DNA of 64,000 bases from Verrucomicrobiota bacterium (GCA_049510745.1 JBEKYR010000014.1:32001-96000), one strand, 5' to 3'; shown: positions 54,484 to 64,000, numbered from the stretch's first letter. Notes: a model not told the origin generated them from the letters alone. Made by a program: numbers and translations.

Positions 54484-54503
54484 GAAATGCGCGCTTTTCC
54501 CGC

Positions 54504-54532
54504 TTGACATACATCGCAACGCAATGTATTGT
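54504..54532 (+). promoter_or_regulatory. sigma70 promoter with overlapping palindromic operator; likely leaderless padR mRNA
   Basis: TTGACA-17 bp-TATTGT, palindrome ATACAT-N9-ATGTAT (54509-54529), ATG 6 nt after the -10 box. Confidence 0.75.
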
Positions 54533-54538
54533 GTCGCT

Positions 54539-54871
54539 ATGCTGACTAAAGAACTTGTGGCGGCCTCCACCGAGCCGTTGATTTTGTCCCTCCTGGCCGG
54601 CGGCGAGAGCTACGGTTATGCCCTGATTCAGGAAGTGAAACGGCTTTCCGGGGACAAGATCGAATGGACCGACGGGATGCTTTACCCGGTGTTGCACCGA
54701 ATGGAACAGCGGGGGTTGATCAAGTCGCGCTGGGGCGAAAGCGAGACCGGGCGGAAACGCAAATACTACTCGCTTAAAAGGGACGGGAAAACGGCGATGG
54801 CCAGGCACCACGAACAATGGTCGCTGGTTCATGGCGTTTTGTCCGGCCTGCGAAAGGAGCAATATGTTTGA
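54539..54871 (+). CDS. PadR-family transcriptional regulator
   Basis: 'ESYGYALIQ', 'GMLYPVLHRME', 'RKRKYYSL'. Confidence 0.93.
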   Translation: MLTKELVAASTEPLILSLLAGGESYGYALIQEVKRLSGDKIEWTDGMLYPVLHRMEQRGLIKSRWGESETGRKRKYYSLKRDGKTAMARHHEQWSLVHGVLSGLRKEQYV

Positions 54872-55310
54872 CCTCGAAAAATCAATCGCGGAATGGCGGA
54901 AACAAATGCTGGCAGCCGGAATCAAAACTCCCGTGCCGCTGGAAGAATTGGAAGGCCATCTGCGCGACGACGTGGAACAACAGGTCCGGTCGGGATTGAA
55001 CGCGCAACAAGCTTTTGAAAATTCGGTCCGGCGGATCGGCCAGGCCGACAAGCTCAAAAGCGAATTCAAGAAAACTTGCGGAGCGAACGGCAGCGTTTGG
55101 TTATGGATCGGCCCCCTCCCGTTGGCTGGCACGCTCATTCTGAATCTGGCCGGGCTGTTTGTATTTCACAGAAGCTCGTCAGTTTTTTTCTCGGATCAGT
55201 GGTGGTCTGATTGGTTCCCAAATTATGTCGTTTGGGCAAGCTTCACCGGCATTGCCATAGCCGTCAGCTTTGCCAACTGGAGATCGCAGCGCAAGGCAAC
55301 CAGACAGTAA
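54864..55310 (+). CDS. Permease-prefix-domain membrane protein
   Basis: 'MFDLEKSIAEWR...LEELEGHLRD...AF..SVRRIG..L..EF' plus two TM helices; a typical PadR partner. Confidence 0.75.
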   Translation: MFDLEKSIAEWRKQMLAAGIKTPVPLEELEGHLRDDVEQQVRSGLNAQQAFENSVRRIGQADKLKSEFKKTCGANGSVWLWIGPLPLAGTLILNLAGLFVFHRSSSVFFSDQWWSDWFPNYVVWASFTGIAIAVSFANWRSQRKATRQ

Positions 55311-55348
55311 AACCGGGAGGCGATGCGCCCGGTGAATGGAGCAAATCA

Positions 55349-57946
55349 TCAGCGCACCATCACCACGTAATCGAGCGTCTGGCCGGGCAGTTTCAGTTTT
55401 TCGCCGGGGGCAACGTCGCGGCTCCAAAGTTCGGCGCAGGCCCGGTTGAGCAGATGATCGCGCCAGACAGCCTCGGTGGCACTGGCCTTAAACCCGGCGG
55501 CGGCGAGCGACTCTCGCAATGCTTGCGCCGCGCCTGCGATAGCCGGATCCGGCTGCTTCAGCGTCACGGTCGGATAAGCACCGGTCGAGAAGAGCACAAA
55601 AACCGTTGCGCCTTTGGCGGACGGGTTGATGCGGAACGCCAGATCGGTTTTGAGCTTGGGGTCGCTCAGGCGGCGCGTGGCGATCCATTCCGCGCCTTCA
55701 ACCTCCTTGGGCAGCAGGTCAAATGTGTTGTCCGAGGAACCATCGACATCGGAATAAACCGGCCCTTGCGACTCGACTGGACGGTCGATGAAGCAGGCGG
55801 GATTGTCCGCATTCGAACTCTGCAAGTCCTGCACCAAGGCGGTGGAATCCGGCGCACCCGCCGGTTCCTGGTAAATAATCATGCGGTCGCTGTGCCCGCG
55901 GCCGTCGCCAACCTCGACCACGTTTCGGCCCGGCTTGAGCGGCGTTTTCCAGAAGAACACGTTCGCCACCGGGATGCCGGGCACAAGCATCACCGTCCCG
56001 TCCTTCTTTTTCATCCCGGAATCCGGGATGCGATAAGTGCCGTTGGTGATTGTTTCCCGGGGGACTCCGTTCAGAGTCAACTGCAATTCGTCGGAGTTGG
56101 AGTAAGCCTTTATGCCATCGTCCGGCGCAAAGGCGCGCAGAAAGTGGTGGCGCCCGCAAAGATGCACCACCGGCTTGGCGGGATTGAAAAAGGCCTGAAA
56201 CAAAAAGGAGAGGTCCTTCGGCATGCCCGCCAGGGTAAGCAAGCCCTTGGTGTTGCGATTGTTTTTGAACTTCAAGTTGTAGAACTCGCGGAAGTTCCAC
56301 CAGAGGAACATGGGGCGATTGCGGACGTCATCGCGGCAGACGGTCTGGAGCCGATACTCGGTAAACATCTCCGCGTACTCCTCCGGCTCGAATTTATCCA
56401 CCGACCACTTGATAGTGCCGTAGGGAACGTGGTGGGTGATCCAATCGCCCGCGCCGGTCTCGGAAACGATGGCATTGCGCGGCAATTTTGTGAAATCGGT
56501 ATAGGGGCCGCTGGTGTACCAGCCATCGTAGGTGTTGTTCGCCACAAAATCGCAGTTCCGGGGTTCCTTGTCATTGGCGGCGTAAGTGACCAGGCGCGTG
56601 GGGTCCTGTTCCTGCCGGATCACGCTGGCGTAGTGGCTCACCACGTCCAGAATGGTTTCGTTGCCGGCGCTCCAAAAAAGGATGCTGGGATGGTTCCAGT
56701 TCTGCCGCACCATCTCGCGAGTCAGGCGCTCGCCGTCGGGCGTAACGGTTTTTTCCTCGTTGCCCGGGTCTTTCCAAACCTGCCCGGCGTAGCCGTTCTC
56801 AGCCCACACCGCAATGCCGCGCTCGTCCGCCAGGTCGTATTCCAGGTGGCTGTGCGGATAATGCGGCAACCGCACCATGTTCACCCCCAGATCGGCCATC
56901 CATTGCCATTCGCGGCGCAACTCGTCATCGCTCACCGCGTTCCAGGCGTATTCGTTTTGCGCGTGCTTGTTGACGCCGCGAAACTGCGCCTCGCGCCCGT
57001 TGAGGAAAAAGTGTTTGTCTTTGAACTCGATGGAGCGCAGACCGACGCGCTCGGTCACAGCGTCACTCACCTGGCCGCCCACGTTGATTTCAGTGCGAAC
57101 CGTATAAAGATTGGGCTGCCCGATATCCCAAAGTTTGGGATGGTCGATTCTTCCCGCCGCCTTGATCGCGGCCGTTTCTCCGGCGGGAATGGTTTGTTTG
57201 GCCTCGAATGGCGCGCCAGCCGCGCCGCCGGGGTCGGTGACAAAATGGCGGACCACCACCTCGACGGGCGCGGCGAGGGGGTTGCGCACGAACGTCAGCG
57301 CGTTAAGATCGGCGCCGGCCGCCGTCACGCCGGCTGGTGTCAAATAAACGCCACTCGAACCCATATCCGGGAAAATATGCACCGCGCCGGTTTTCACCAG
57401 CCAGGCCTTGCGGAACATGCCGCCATTGACGTAGTAAAGCGAGGAACGCGAAAAGCAGTTCCGCGCTTCGCTGTCGCGGTTGCTCACGCGCACGGCCAGG
57501 GTGTTGGTTGGGGCGATTTTCAGCGCCGGGGTCAGGTCGAAGGCCGACGCCGAAAACGCGCCCTTGTGCCGGCCGATGAACCGGCCATTGACGAAGACGT
57601 CTTTGACCGAGGCAGCGCCTTCCAGCAACAGATACACACGCTTGTTCCGGTCGGCCTCGGTCAGACTTATGATCTGGCGATACCAACCGGCAGCGTTGTC
57701 GGGCAAGCCAGACTGGCGAAAGACATGCGGAACAGCGATCTGCTTCCACTCCGCCGTCGTCGGTGGCTGGACCGCCATCGCATTGGTTTCGCCATCTTCG
57801 ACAAACTCCCAAGTCGTCAGTGGAATAGACTCGCGCGGGGATTTTGCGGCCAAATCAGAGGCGCCGGCTGAGGCGAGAGACAATATAAAAAGGCACGCCA
57901 GCCCCGGCATCGTGATTAGGACGTTTGCGAGTTGTTTCGATCTCAT
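55349..57946 (-). CDS. Glycoside hydrolase family 2, exported
   Basis: 'GWYR', 'G.R.IEF..FFLNG..RGVNKH', 'RLPHYP', acid/base 'WSAGNE', nucleophile 'SETG'. Start codon is uncertain. Confidence 0.9.
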   Translation of the reverse strand: MRSKQLANVLITMPGLACLFILSLASAGASDLAAKSPRESIPLTTWEFVEDGETNAMAVQPPTTAEWKQIAVPHVFRQSGLPDNAAGWYRQIISLTEADRNKRVYLLLEGAASVKDVFVNGRFIGRHKGAFSASAFDLTPALKIAPTNTLAVRVSNRDSEARNCFSRSSLYYVNGGMFRKAWLVKTGAVHIFPDMGSSGVYLTPAGVTAAGADLNALTFVRNPLAAPVEVVVRHFVTDPGGAAGAPFEAKQTIPAGETAAIKAAGRIDHPKLWDIGQPNLYTVRTEINVGGQVSDAVTERVGLRSIEFKDKHFFLNGREAQFRGVNKHAQNEYAWNAVSDDELRREWQWMADLGVNMVRLPHYPHSHLEYDLADERGIAVWAENGYAGQVWKDPGNEEKTVTPDGERLTREMVRQNWNHPSILFWSAGNETILDVVSHYASVIRQEQDPTRLVTYAANDKEPRNCDFVANNTYDGWYTSGPYTDFTKLPRNAIVSETGAGDWITHHVPYGTIKWSVDKFEPEEYAEMFTEYRLQTVCRDDVRNRPMFLWWNFREFYNLKFKNNRNTKGLLTLAGMPKDLSFLFQAFFNPAKPVVHLCGRHHFLRAFAPDDGIKAYSNSDELQLTLNGVPRETITNGTYRIPDSGMKKKDGTVMLVPGIPVANVFFWKTPLKPGRNVVEVGDGRGHSDRMIIYQEPAGAPDSTALVQDLQSSNADNPACFIDRPVESQGPVYSDVDGSSDNTFDLLPKEVEGAEWIATRRLSDPKLKTDLAFRINPSAKGATVFVLFSTGAYPTVTLKQPDPAIAGAAQALRESLAAAGFKASATEAVWRDHLLNRACAELWSRDVAPGEKLKLPGQTLDYVVMVR

Positions 57947-58486
57947 CTTTGATCGCTTGGCAATCCCGCTCAGGGTCATCGTCGTTTCGTGGCGCAGGCG
58001 CCGGGTCGGCCGCGCGTTCCAGAGAAGGTGTTCCATCATGAAGAGCAGACATTACGTTTAGAGGGATAAATGTAAATGCTGGATTAAAGAAAGACGCCCG
58101 CTTGCGCGGGCGTCGAATGGTTTTCAAGGGGGGGGATTTACCCCGCCGGGGACTTTGCCACCAAAACCGACTAAAACCTCAAACCACCGCGGCATCGCCC
58201 CGTTGGTTACAAGTCTGTAATAGAAAGTTCCGTGCCATCCGGTATTTAAATTGCACAGAAGATCGTAATCGGTTGTGCCATAATTGGTTAGAAATCTGGT
58301 CCGTTTGACCCGGAAATCGTGGAGTGGCAAGAAAGCCGACGCGCAGGGCGCAGTTCCTCAGTTTTTCCCCTATGGCAAGATTCGCCGGATTAACCGTAAG
58401 CGTTTGATTTTCAGCGGGATGCGTATGCTGGTTTCCTTGCGAGGCGGCATGGGACGGCGATTGTAAGAGAATCCGACGCAATCAGC

Positions 58487-60118
58487 CTATTCCCGCCAGC
58501 CGCGTATGACCAAAAGGGGAAGGTCCTCGACCGGATTGACCGGCTGGCCGCCCGGAACGGGGATCGATACCAGCCCCCCGCTGAGGGCGTGTGCTTGAAT
58601 CATCCCGGAAATCTCGAACATCCAACTGGAAAAATATCGCGCGTCCGGCATGTCCATGCCGCCATGATACGGGGGATAGACCGGTTGGGGAGGGCCGGGC
58701 GGCGGGGTTTCAAAGACGCCGACAATCCAGAGGGCGTGGCCGGATTGCAGCGTCTTTCGGATAGCCTCCAGCAACGGGCCGATTGGGTTTTCCGCCTCCA
58801 TTTGCCGCTTCATCAGGTCGTAGCGATGAATGCGCAACTCGCTCATCGGGGGCAGGGTGACGAAGCGGCGGGCGTCAAAGTATCGTTGCAGCGAAACGCC
58901 GTAATACCACGGCGAAACCAAAATCAAATCGCCCGGCTGCGCGGCTTGCCGCAATTGCGCGGCGACCAGATCGACGTTGGATTGCCGCAGGCGCGCGCCG
59001 CCGTAGCAAGCCGGAAGGCACGCCAGCCCAATGAGCAGCGCCGCGCCGGCGCGCGCCAGGCGGACGGCCGCGAAGTCGATTCCGCCGAAGATGGCGTCCA
59101 GCGCCAACGCCGCCGGGGCGAGCGGCAGCAGGAAATACCAGGCGCGCGGTTCCAGGCCCAGGTTGCGCAAAAATAGAAGGTACAGCGCCAGGCCCGCGGC
59201 GAGAGCGATTCCGTGGTACGCCGTTCCCCGGCCTGGCCGGCGCGCGGCCAGGACAATGGCTGCGGCCAGGGCCGCCAGGAGCAACGCCGCCCAGACGGGC
59301 GTCATCCAGCCGCCGGCGTTGTTGAGCGCCTCGGAAAGGACCTTCGCGATCCGGCTCCAGTGGATTTCCTGCCGCGAAATGCCGAACCAGGCCTGGGCTT
59401 TTTTGATGTTGACAGCATTGGCCAGGAGCGAAACAGCGGCGGCGGCCCCGATGGCGGCGATGCGCGCGGCCGTTTTCCAGTCGCGCCGCGCCAGGGTCAT
59501 GGCCCACGCTCCGCAGCAATAGGCGGCCAGAAGGAAGGCGTTTTGATAAAGGCATTGCACGCTCAACACCGCCGCCGCAAGGGCGCAGAGCCAGGGGCGC
59601 GTCCCTTTGCGCCGCGCAAATTCCCACATCGTGACCGAGGCCAGCAGCGTCAGGGCGATGCCCAAGCCGTAAGGCCGCATGGAGTCGCCCACCCGCAACG
59701 CGAGCGGATTGGCGGCAAAGAGGACCAGCGCCAGCAACGGCGCGCGCGCGCCGAATTTGCGCGCGCCGAACCAAAACACCGCTAGCGTGCCCACTCCGAC
59801 CAGGGCGCCAAGCACGCGATAGCTGAAATCGGCGGTCCCTCCGGCCAGCGTCCAGACCCGCGCCAGCGCGACAAAGAGGGGCGGGAAATTGTCGTATTGC
59901 AGATTGCGGCCAATCTCCGCGAGAGACGGCAGGGAGGCGAAACCGATCGTGCCGGCTTCATCGCGCCAGAGCGGGCCGGCGGAAAAGAGATAGACTCCAT
60001 GCAGCGCCAGCACCCACAAGCTGGCCAGAAGCGCCACCGCCATTTCCAAGCGGGTCAGGAGGACGGGCCAGGCAGGCTGCGGGGCGGTGTTCGTGGCGCG
60101 TCCCTGACTTTTTCTCAT
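58487..60118 (-). CDS. GT-C-fold (PMT/ArnT-like) membrane glycosyltransferase
   Basis: 'LWRDEA', 'DNFPPL', 'MRPYGL' and many TM helices. Confidence 0.7.
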   Translation of the reverse strand: MRKSQGRATNTAPQPAWPVLLTRLEMAVALLASLWVLALHGVYLFSAGPLWRDEAGTIGFASLPSLAEIGRNLQYDNFPPLFVALARVWTLAGGTADFSYRVLGALVGVGTLAVFWFGARKFGARAPLLALVLFAANPLALRVGDSMRPYGLGIALTLLASVTMWEFARRKGTRPWLCALAAAVLSVQCLYQNAFLLAAYCCGAWAMTLARRDWKTAARIAAIGAAAAVSLLANAVNIKKAQAWFGISRQEIHWSRIAKVLSEALNNAGGWMTPVWAALLLAALAAAIVLAARRPGRGTAYHGIALAAGLALYLLFLRNLGLEPRAWYFLLPLAPAALALDAIFGGIDFAAVRLARAGAALLIGLACLPACYGGARLRQSNVDLVAAQLRQAAQPGDLILVSPWYYGVSLQRYFDARRFVTLPPMSELRIHRYDLMKRQMEAENPIGPLLEAIRKTLQSGHALWIVGVFETPPPGPPQPVYPPYHGGMDMPDARYFSSWMFEISGMIQAHALSGGLVSIPVPGGQPVNPVEDLPLLVIRGWRE

Positions 60119-60378
60119 AACACCGGGAGCAGCCCAACGGCAAGCCAGAGGAAACATGCCAACAACCCAAATACAGCGAGCATTTGATGTGTTTTCCAGG
60201 ACAGGACGCTGACCAAAAAGACAGCCGTCATCAGGACAAGGCAACCGGGGGAAACACCTTCGCGCCCAAATCGTCCATAAGAATTGTGGGGCCGCCAGAG
60301 TCCCATGCTCAAATAGGCAGCGGGAACCAGCGTAAATAGAGCCACTCTTATCACTTTGGACCACGTCGAGTCTGACAT
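60115..60378 (-). CDS. Small hypothetical membrane protein (87 aa)
   Basis: Three hydrophobic segments and an ATGA overlap with the downstream gene. It is the tail of a longer computed ORF. Confidence 0.55.
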   Translation of the reverse strand: MSDSTWSKVIRVALFTLVPAAYLSMGLWRPHNSYGRFGREGVSPGCLVLMTAVFLVSVLSWKTHQMLAVFGLLACFLWLAVGLLPVL

Positions 60379-60407
60379 ACGAGCTGAGTGCGCTTGACTA
60401 TTATTGA

Positions 60408-61244
60408 TTAAATCAGCCTTTGGTAAAGTTCGGTCAGGCCGCGCTGGCTGAATGGAGCGGCGGCGAGCAGAACGATGATGGCCAGCACGGGCGCGAAGTC
60501 GATCTTGCCGGCTTGCAGCGGCAGCCAGCGCAACGGACGCAGGAGCGCGCGCGCGGTGGCGTTGATGAAGTTCCACAACGGAAGCTCCCCAAGATAAACG
60601 TAGCTGTTGACCAGATAGACCGCCAGGACGGCGACGAGAAAGAACTTGAGAACGAGGTAGGCCGCCAAACCGATGACCGCGCCTTGCGCCACGACGTGCC
60701 AGAGGGAATGGGCGTTGCGCGATACCAGGCCCACGTTGACAAACAACGGATTGAGCAGGCACCAGGCGGCGGCGGTGAAAAAGAGCGGCAAGAGCAATTT
60801 CATCGCGCCCGGCCAGCGGTCGAGCGCGCCGAGGTGGGCGCGCACCAGGCGCTGGGCGGGATCGGCGTCGGAGATTTTCCCGTTGAGCCACGAGAGCAGC
60901 AAGAGGCAGAGATAAAAAATCCCCAGGGCGACCGCAAAACTCAAGACGGAGAACAAAAGCATCCGCCCGAACACGTCGCTGCGGAACCAAAAAGTCGTCG
61001 GGCCGAGGGGAATGCGCGGGGTCCAATGGAGCGGCTGGCCGACCTGCCAATAAAAGAACGCGCGGACCGGCAGCAGGAGCAGGAGGGCGGCCAGGTAGCA
61101 GGCGCGGGGACGGGGCGGCCCGGCGGGTTTGAGCGTCGAAGCGAGCAAACTGCCCGCCGGCGCCGGGATGGCCAGCGGAATGGCGCGCCAGTTCAACCAC
61201 AGCAACAATCCAACGACGTTTAAAATAAAATCGATCACGCTCAT
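60408..61244 (-). CDS. YggT-family membrane protein
   Basis: C-terminal 'LLRPLRWLP...IDFAPVLAI' YGGT motif, duplicated architecture. Confidence 0.75.
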   Translation of the reverse strand: MSVIDFILNVVGLLLWLNWRAIPLAIPAPAGSLLASTLKPAGPPRPRACYLAALLLLLPVRAFFYWQVGQPLHWTPRIPLGPTTFWFRSDVFGRMLLFSVLSFAVALGIFYLCLLLLSWLNGKISDADPAQRLVRAHLGALDRWPGAMKLLLPLFFTAAAWCLLNPLFVNVGLVSRNAHSLWHVVAQGAVIGLAAYLVLKFFLVAVLAVYLVNSYVYLGELPLWNFINATARALLRPLRWLPLQAGKIDFAPVLAIIVLLAAAPFSQRGLTELYQRLI

Positions 61245-61331
61245 CGCGCGGCTTCGTTTGCGCCCGATTGAAATTGTTCGTGGCGGGATTTTCAATGGCA
61301 ATCTGCTGGAGCGGATTTCTGGTGAGACCGG

Positions 61332-61357
61332 GATTAAGATTAAGATTAAGAGTAGGA
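61332..61357. repeat. GATTAA hexamer microsatellite
   Basis: GATTAA x3 followed by GAGTAGGA. Confidence 0.8.
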
Positions 61358-61388
61358 GGAGACCCAAAGAAATGCGCCCAATCTGCTT

Positions 61389-61417
61389 TTGACACCCGGA
61401 CGGATGTTGGGTACGTT
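61389..61417 (+). promoter_or_regulatory. Putative sigma70 promoter of the iscA-like gene
   Basis: TTGACA-17 bp-TACGTT, 9 nt before the ATG. Confidence 0.6.
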
Positions 61418-61426
61418 AGGGGCGAG

Positions 61427-61783
61427 ATGGATACGGCCAAACAGAGCGAGGCGGTGGTGACGCTGACGGAAAGCGCCGCGGAAGAAATCCGGGCCAAGCT
61501 GGCGGCGGACCCGCAAGGGGCGGCCAAGGGTTTGCGCGTTTATGTCGAAAAAGGCGGCTGTTCGGGGCTGCAATACGGCATGGTTTTCGATGAGCAGCGG
61601 CCCGATGACCTGGCGCAGTCGTTTTTTGGCGTCCCGGTCTGGGTGGACCCATTCAGCGCGGATTACCTTCGGGGGGCGGTGGTGGATTTTTCGGATGCCC
61701 TGAGCGGGGGCGGGTTCAAGATCACCAATCCGCGCGCGGCTCAAAGCTGCGGGTGCGGACGGTCCTTTGAAGCGGCCGGCTGA
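61427..61783 (+). CDS. A-type Fe-S carrier (HesB/IscA/ErpA family)
   Basis: 'GGCSGLQY', 'NP.A.QSCGCG.SF'. Confidence 0.95.
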   Translation: MDTAKQSEAVVTLTESAAEEIRAKLAADPQGAAKGLRVYVEKGGCSGLQYGMVFDEQRPDDLAQSFFGVPVWVDPFSADYLRGAVVDFSDALSGGGFKITNPRAAQSCGCGRSFEAAG

Positions 61784-61799
61784 AGCCGCGTTTGTCTTT

Positions 61800-62189
61800 A
61801 TGCTGAAACACGGCATTCTCAATCCGGCGCTGGCCTCGTTGCTCTGCCGCTTTCGCCATACCAATTGGCTGGTCATTGCCGACCGCGGTTTTCCGTCCTG
61901 GCCGGGGTTGGAAACCGTCGATCTGAGCCTGACCGATGACATCCCGACCGTGCGCCAGGTGCTGGCTGCTTTGCGGGAAAACTACAGCATCAGCGCGGCG
62001 CTGATGGCGGCGGAGGTCAAACGGGAGAACGACGCCAAAGTGTTGGCCGGGTATCAAGCCCTGCTGCCGTCGGCCCGGATTGAGTTCCTGCCCCACGTTG
62101 CGTTCAAGAAACGCGTCCCGGCCGCCATCGGCCTCATCCGCACCGGCGACACAACGCAATACGGAAACATCCTGATCCAGTCGGGATAA
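61800..62189 (+). CDS. RbsD/FucU family sugar pyranase/mutarotase
   Basis: 'GILN..L...RHT..LVIAD.GFP', 'H..FK', 'IRTGDTT.YGNI'. Confidence 0.9.
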   Translation: MLKHGILNPALASLLCRFRHTNWLVIADRGFPSWPGLETVDLSLTDDIPTVRQVLAALRENYSISAALMAAEVKRENDAKVLAGYQALLPSARIEFLPHVAFKKRVPAAIGLIRTGDTTQYGNILIQSG

Positions 62190-62305
62190 CTCTTCAAACC
62201 AACTCCGGCTCCTCGATTTGGCGGGGCGGCGGGGAGAGGGGGGCGTGATTGGCTGGTATTCACACGCCGCTTGATTGGAGCGACGGTTTGTGGATAATTG
62301 TCAAT

Positions 62306-62542
62306 ATGAGCGCACAGGAAGTCAGTGAGCAACTGGAAGCATTGCCCGCAGCCCAACGGGTGGAAGTTCTGAAACGGGCGCTGGCCGGGCTTTGCCCCCA
62401 AAGCAGCAAGGCGATCGAGCGATTGTGCCGGCGCCTGGAGAATCCGGACATTCCGGAAGACGTGTGGCGCGGCATTGAGGAGGCGGAAGACGGACGGTTG
62501 ATTGACTTGGATGAGGCCTTGACGGAATTGGATCGGCCTTGA
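62306..62542 (+). CDS. Putative antitoxin (addiction-module component)
   Basis: 78 aa, acidic C-terminus 'RGIEEAEDGRLIDLDEAL', overlaps the start of a RelE-like fragment. Confidence 0.6.
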   Translation: MSAQEVSEQLEALPAAQRVEVLKRALAGLCPQSSKAIERLCRRLENPDIPEDVWRGIEEAEDGRLIDLDEALTELDRP

Positions 62543-62636
62543 ACGCCCGTGTTTTCAAGACGACGCCGCAATTCCGCCGCGCCTTGCGGAGCCTCTCACC
62601 TGACCAAAAGAAGGCCGCCAAAGCGGCCTTTCAACC
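62539..62636 (+). pseudogene. Truncated RelE/ParE-like toxin
   Basis: 'VFKTTPQFRRALRSLSPDQKKAAKAAFQ' matches the RelE-type beta1-alpha1-alpha2 N-terminus, then the frame runs into antisense kamA. Confidence 0.55.
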
Positions 62637-62638
62637 TG

Positions 62639-63880
62639 TCAAACCAGTTCCGGCTCCTCGATTTCCCGGGGCGGCGGCGAGAGGGGGGCGCCGCCGGCGT
62701 CTTCCGGATATTCAAATATCCTGCCCTCGAAATTGCGCAGGACAAGGCGGTCGTTGTTGCGGCTCAGGACGTAATCGGAATTGACCGGCACTTTGCCGCC
62801 GCCGCCGGGAGCGTCAATAACATATTGCGGGACGGCGTAGCCGGTGGTGTGGCCGCGCAGGCTCTGCATGATCTCGATTCCCCGGCGCACGCTGGAGCGC
62901 AAATGGGCCGAGCCGCTGATCAGATCGCATTGATAAATGTAGTAGGGCTTGACCCGGCAGATGAGCAATTTCTGCATGAGCGCGCGCATCACCACCGGAT
63001 CGTCGTTGACGTCGCGCAGCAGAACGGATTGGTTGCCCAGCGGAATGCCGGCGTCGGCCAGCCGCCCCAGGGCGTCGCGCACCTCGGTCGTCAACTCGCG
63101 CGGGTGATTGGAGTGGATGCTGATAAAGAGCGGGTGGTATTTCCGCAACATGGCGCACAACTCCGGCGTGATGCGTTGCGGCAGGAAAACGGGAATGCGC
63201 GTGCCGATGCGCAGGAATTCGACGTGCGGGATGGCGCGCAGCCGCCCCAACAAAAACTCCAGCTTCTCGTCGCTCAACAAGAACGGATCGCCCCCGCTCA
63301 ACAGGACGTCGCGGATGGCGGTGTGCTGGCGGACGTACTCGATTTGGCGGTCGAACTCCGGATGGAAATCGTAGCCGGCGGCATTGCTCACCATGCGCGA
63401 GCGGGTGCAATACCGGCAATAAGCCGCGCAGCGGTCGGTCACCAGAAAGAGCACGCGGTCGGGATAGCGATGCACCAGACCGGGCACCGGCGAATGCGAA
63501 TCCTCCCCGCACGGATCGCTCATTTCCCACGGAGCGGTGAAGGTTTCCTCGACGCGCGGCACGACCTGGCGGCGGATCGGGCAACGGTCGTCGGCCGCGT
63601 CAATAAGATTGAAAAAGTAAGGGGTGATGGCGAGGGCCAGCTTGTGATTGGCCAGGAGGGTGCCTTCGTGTTCTTCGGGCGTGAGCGTGGGCAGGAAGCG
63701 CTGCAACTGCGCCAGGGACGTGATGCGGTGCTTGAGCTGCCAGCGCCAGTCGTTCCAATCCTCCGGGCGGACATCGCTCCAGAAGCCTCTGCCGGCGGAA
63801 TGGAAGGTTTTCAGGGAGTGGAGTCGCGCGGAGTCAAGCTCATCCGTCTCCGCCTGCCCGTCAAAGATGTGACTTTGCAT
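62639..63880 (-). CDS. kamA: KamA-family radical SAM protein (lysine 2,3-aminomutase-like)
   Basis: 'HRYPDRVL', CAAYCRYC, 'LLSGGDP', 'GNQSVLL', 'DAPGGGGK'. Confidence 0.9.
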   Translation of the reverse strand: MQSHIFDGQAETDELDSARLHSLKTFHSAGRGFWSDVRPEDWNDWRWQLKHRITSLAQLQRFLPTLTPEEHEGTLLANHKLALAITPYFFNLIDAADDRCPIRRQVVPRVEETFTAPWEMSDPCGEDSHSPVPGLVHRYPDRVLFLVTDRCAAYCRYCTRSRMVSNAAGYDFHPEFDRQIEYVRQHTAIRDVLLSGGDPFLLSDEKLEFLLGRLRAIPHVEFLRIGTRIPVFLPQRITPELCAMLRKYHPLFISIHSNHPRELTTEVRDALGRLADAGIPLGNQSVLLRDVNDDPVVMRALMQKLLICRVKPYYIYQCDLISGSAHLRSSVRRGIEIMQSLRGHTTGYAVPQYVIDAPGGGGKVPVNSDYVLSRNNDRLVLRNFEGRIFEYPEDAGGAPLSPPPREIEEPELV

Positions 63881-64000
63881 TTTTACGCACTATAAATGTG
63901 ATCGGCTTCGTGTCAAGCGGCGGGGAAAGGGGGGTTGACGTTGGGGGCAGGGGCCGCCCGATCAGGCTTTATCCGTCACGGCTCCGGCCTCGGCCAGCTT

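Noticed and set aside
58223..58237. sigma54 promoter upstream of the GH2 gene (minus strand TGGCAC-GGAAC-TTTC)
   Set aside because: The -12 element lacks the conserved GC, so it is too weak to call.
62639..63880. EpmB (EF-P modification) call
   Set aside because: Its length and APGGGGK motif fit KamA-type enzymes, and no efp or epmA gene is adjacent in the window.

Overview
High-GC bacterial chromosomal window. It is most likely from a Verrucomicrobiota (Pedosphaera/Limisphaerales-like) genome; this is inferred from the tRNA-Thr-tuf-tRNA-Trp-secE order, the PVC-type EF-Tu effector region, Ala(-1) pseudopilins and a Verrucomicrobia-style C-terminal domain. From left to right the window holds: (1) a partial TIGR03435-like gene followed by an orphan IS21-type end, a repeat-rich non-coding stretch with a promoter and boxA-like site, a degenerate tRNA-Gly and a secreted DUF11-type protein; (2) a five-gene module (DUF1257-like, DUF2997-like, catalytically dead S26 peptidase homologue, TPR protein, PilT); (3) a sigma54-driven type II secretion-like operon that starts with an LTxxQ (Spy/CpxP/ZraP-like) gene, has its secretin split into two separately exported proteins and ends with a histidine kinase and an NtrC-family regulator; (4) a GH106 enzyme and a tripartite RND pump; (5) an atpBEFHAG operon lacking atpDC, then upp; (6) the core tuf-secE-nusG-rplKAJL-rpoBC cluster with three tRNAs; (7) accessory genes: M48 peptidase, FHA membrane protein, PadR pair, GH2, GT-C-like protein, YggT, IscA, RbsD/FucU, an antitoxin with a truncated RelE-like toxin, and KamA. 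The most striking item is the split-secretin T2SS variant with its regulators and the adjacent PilT module. All family calls come from motif recognition by eye; no database searches were run.
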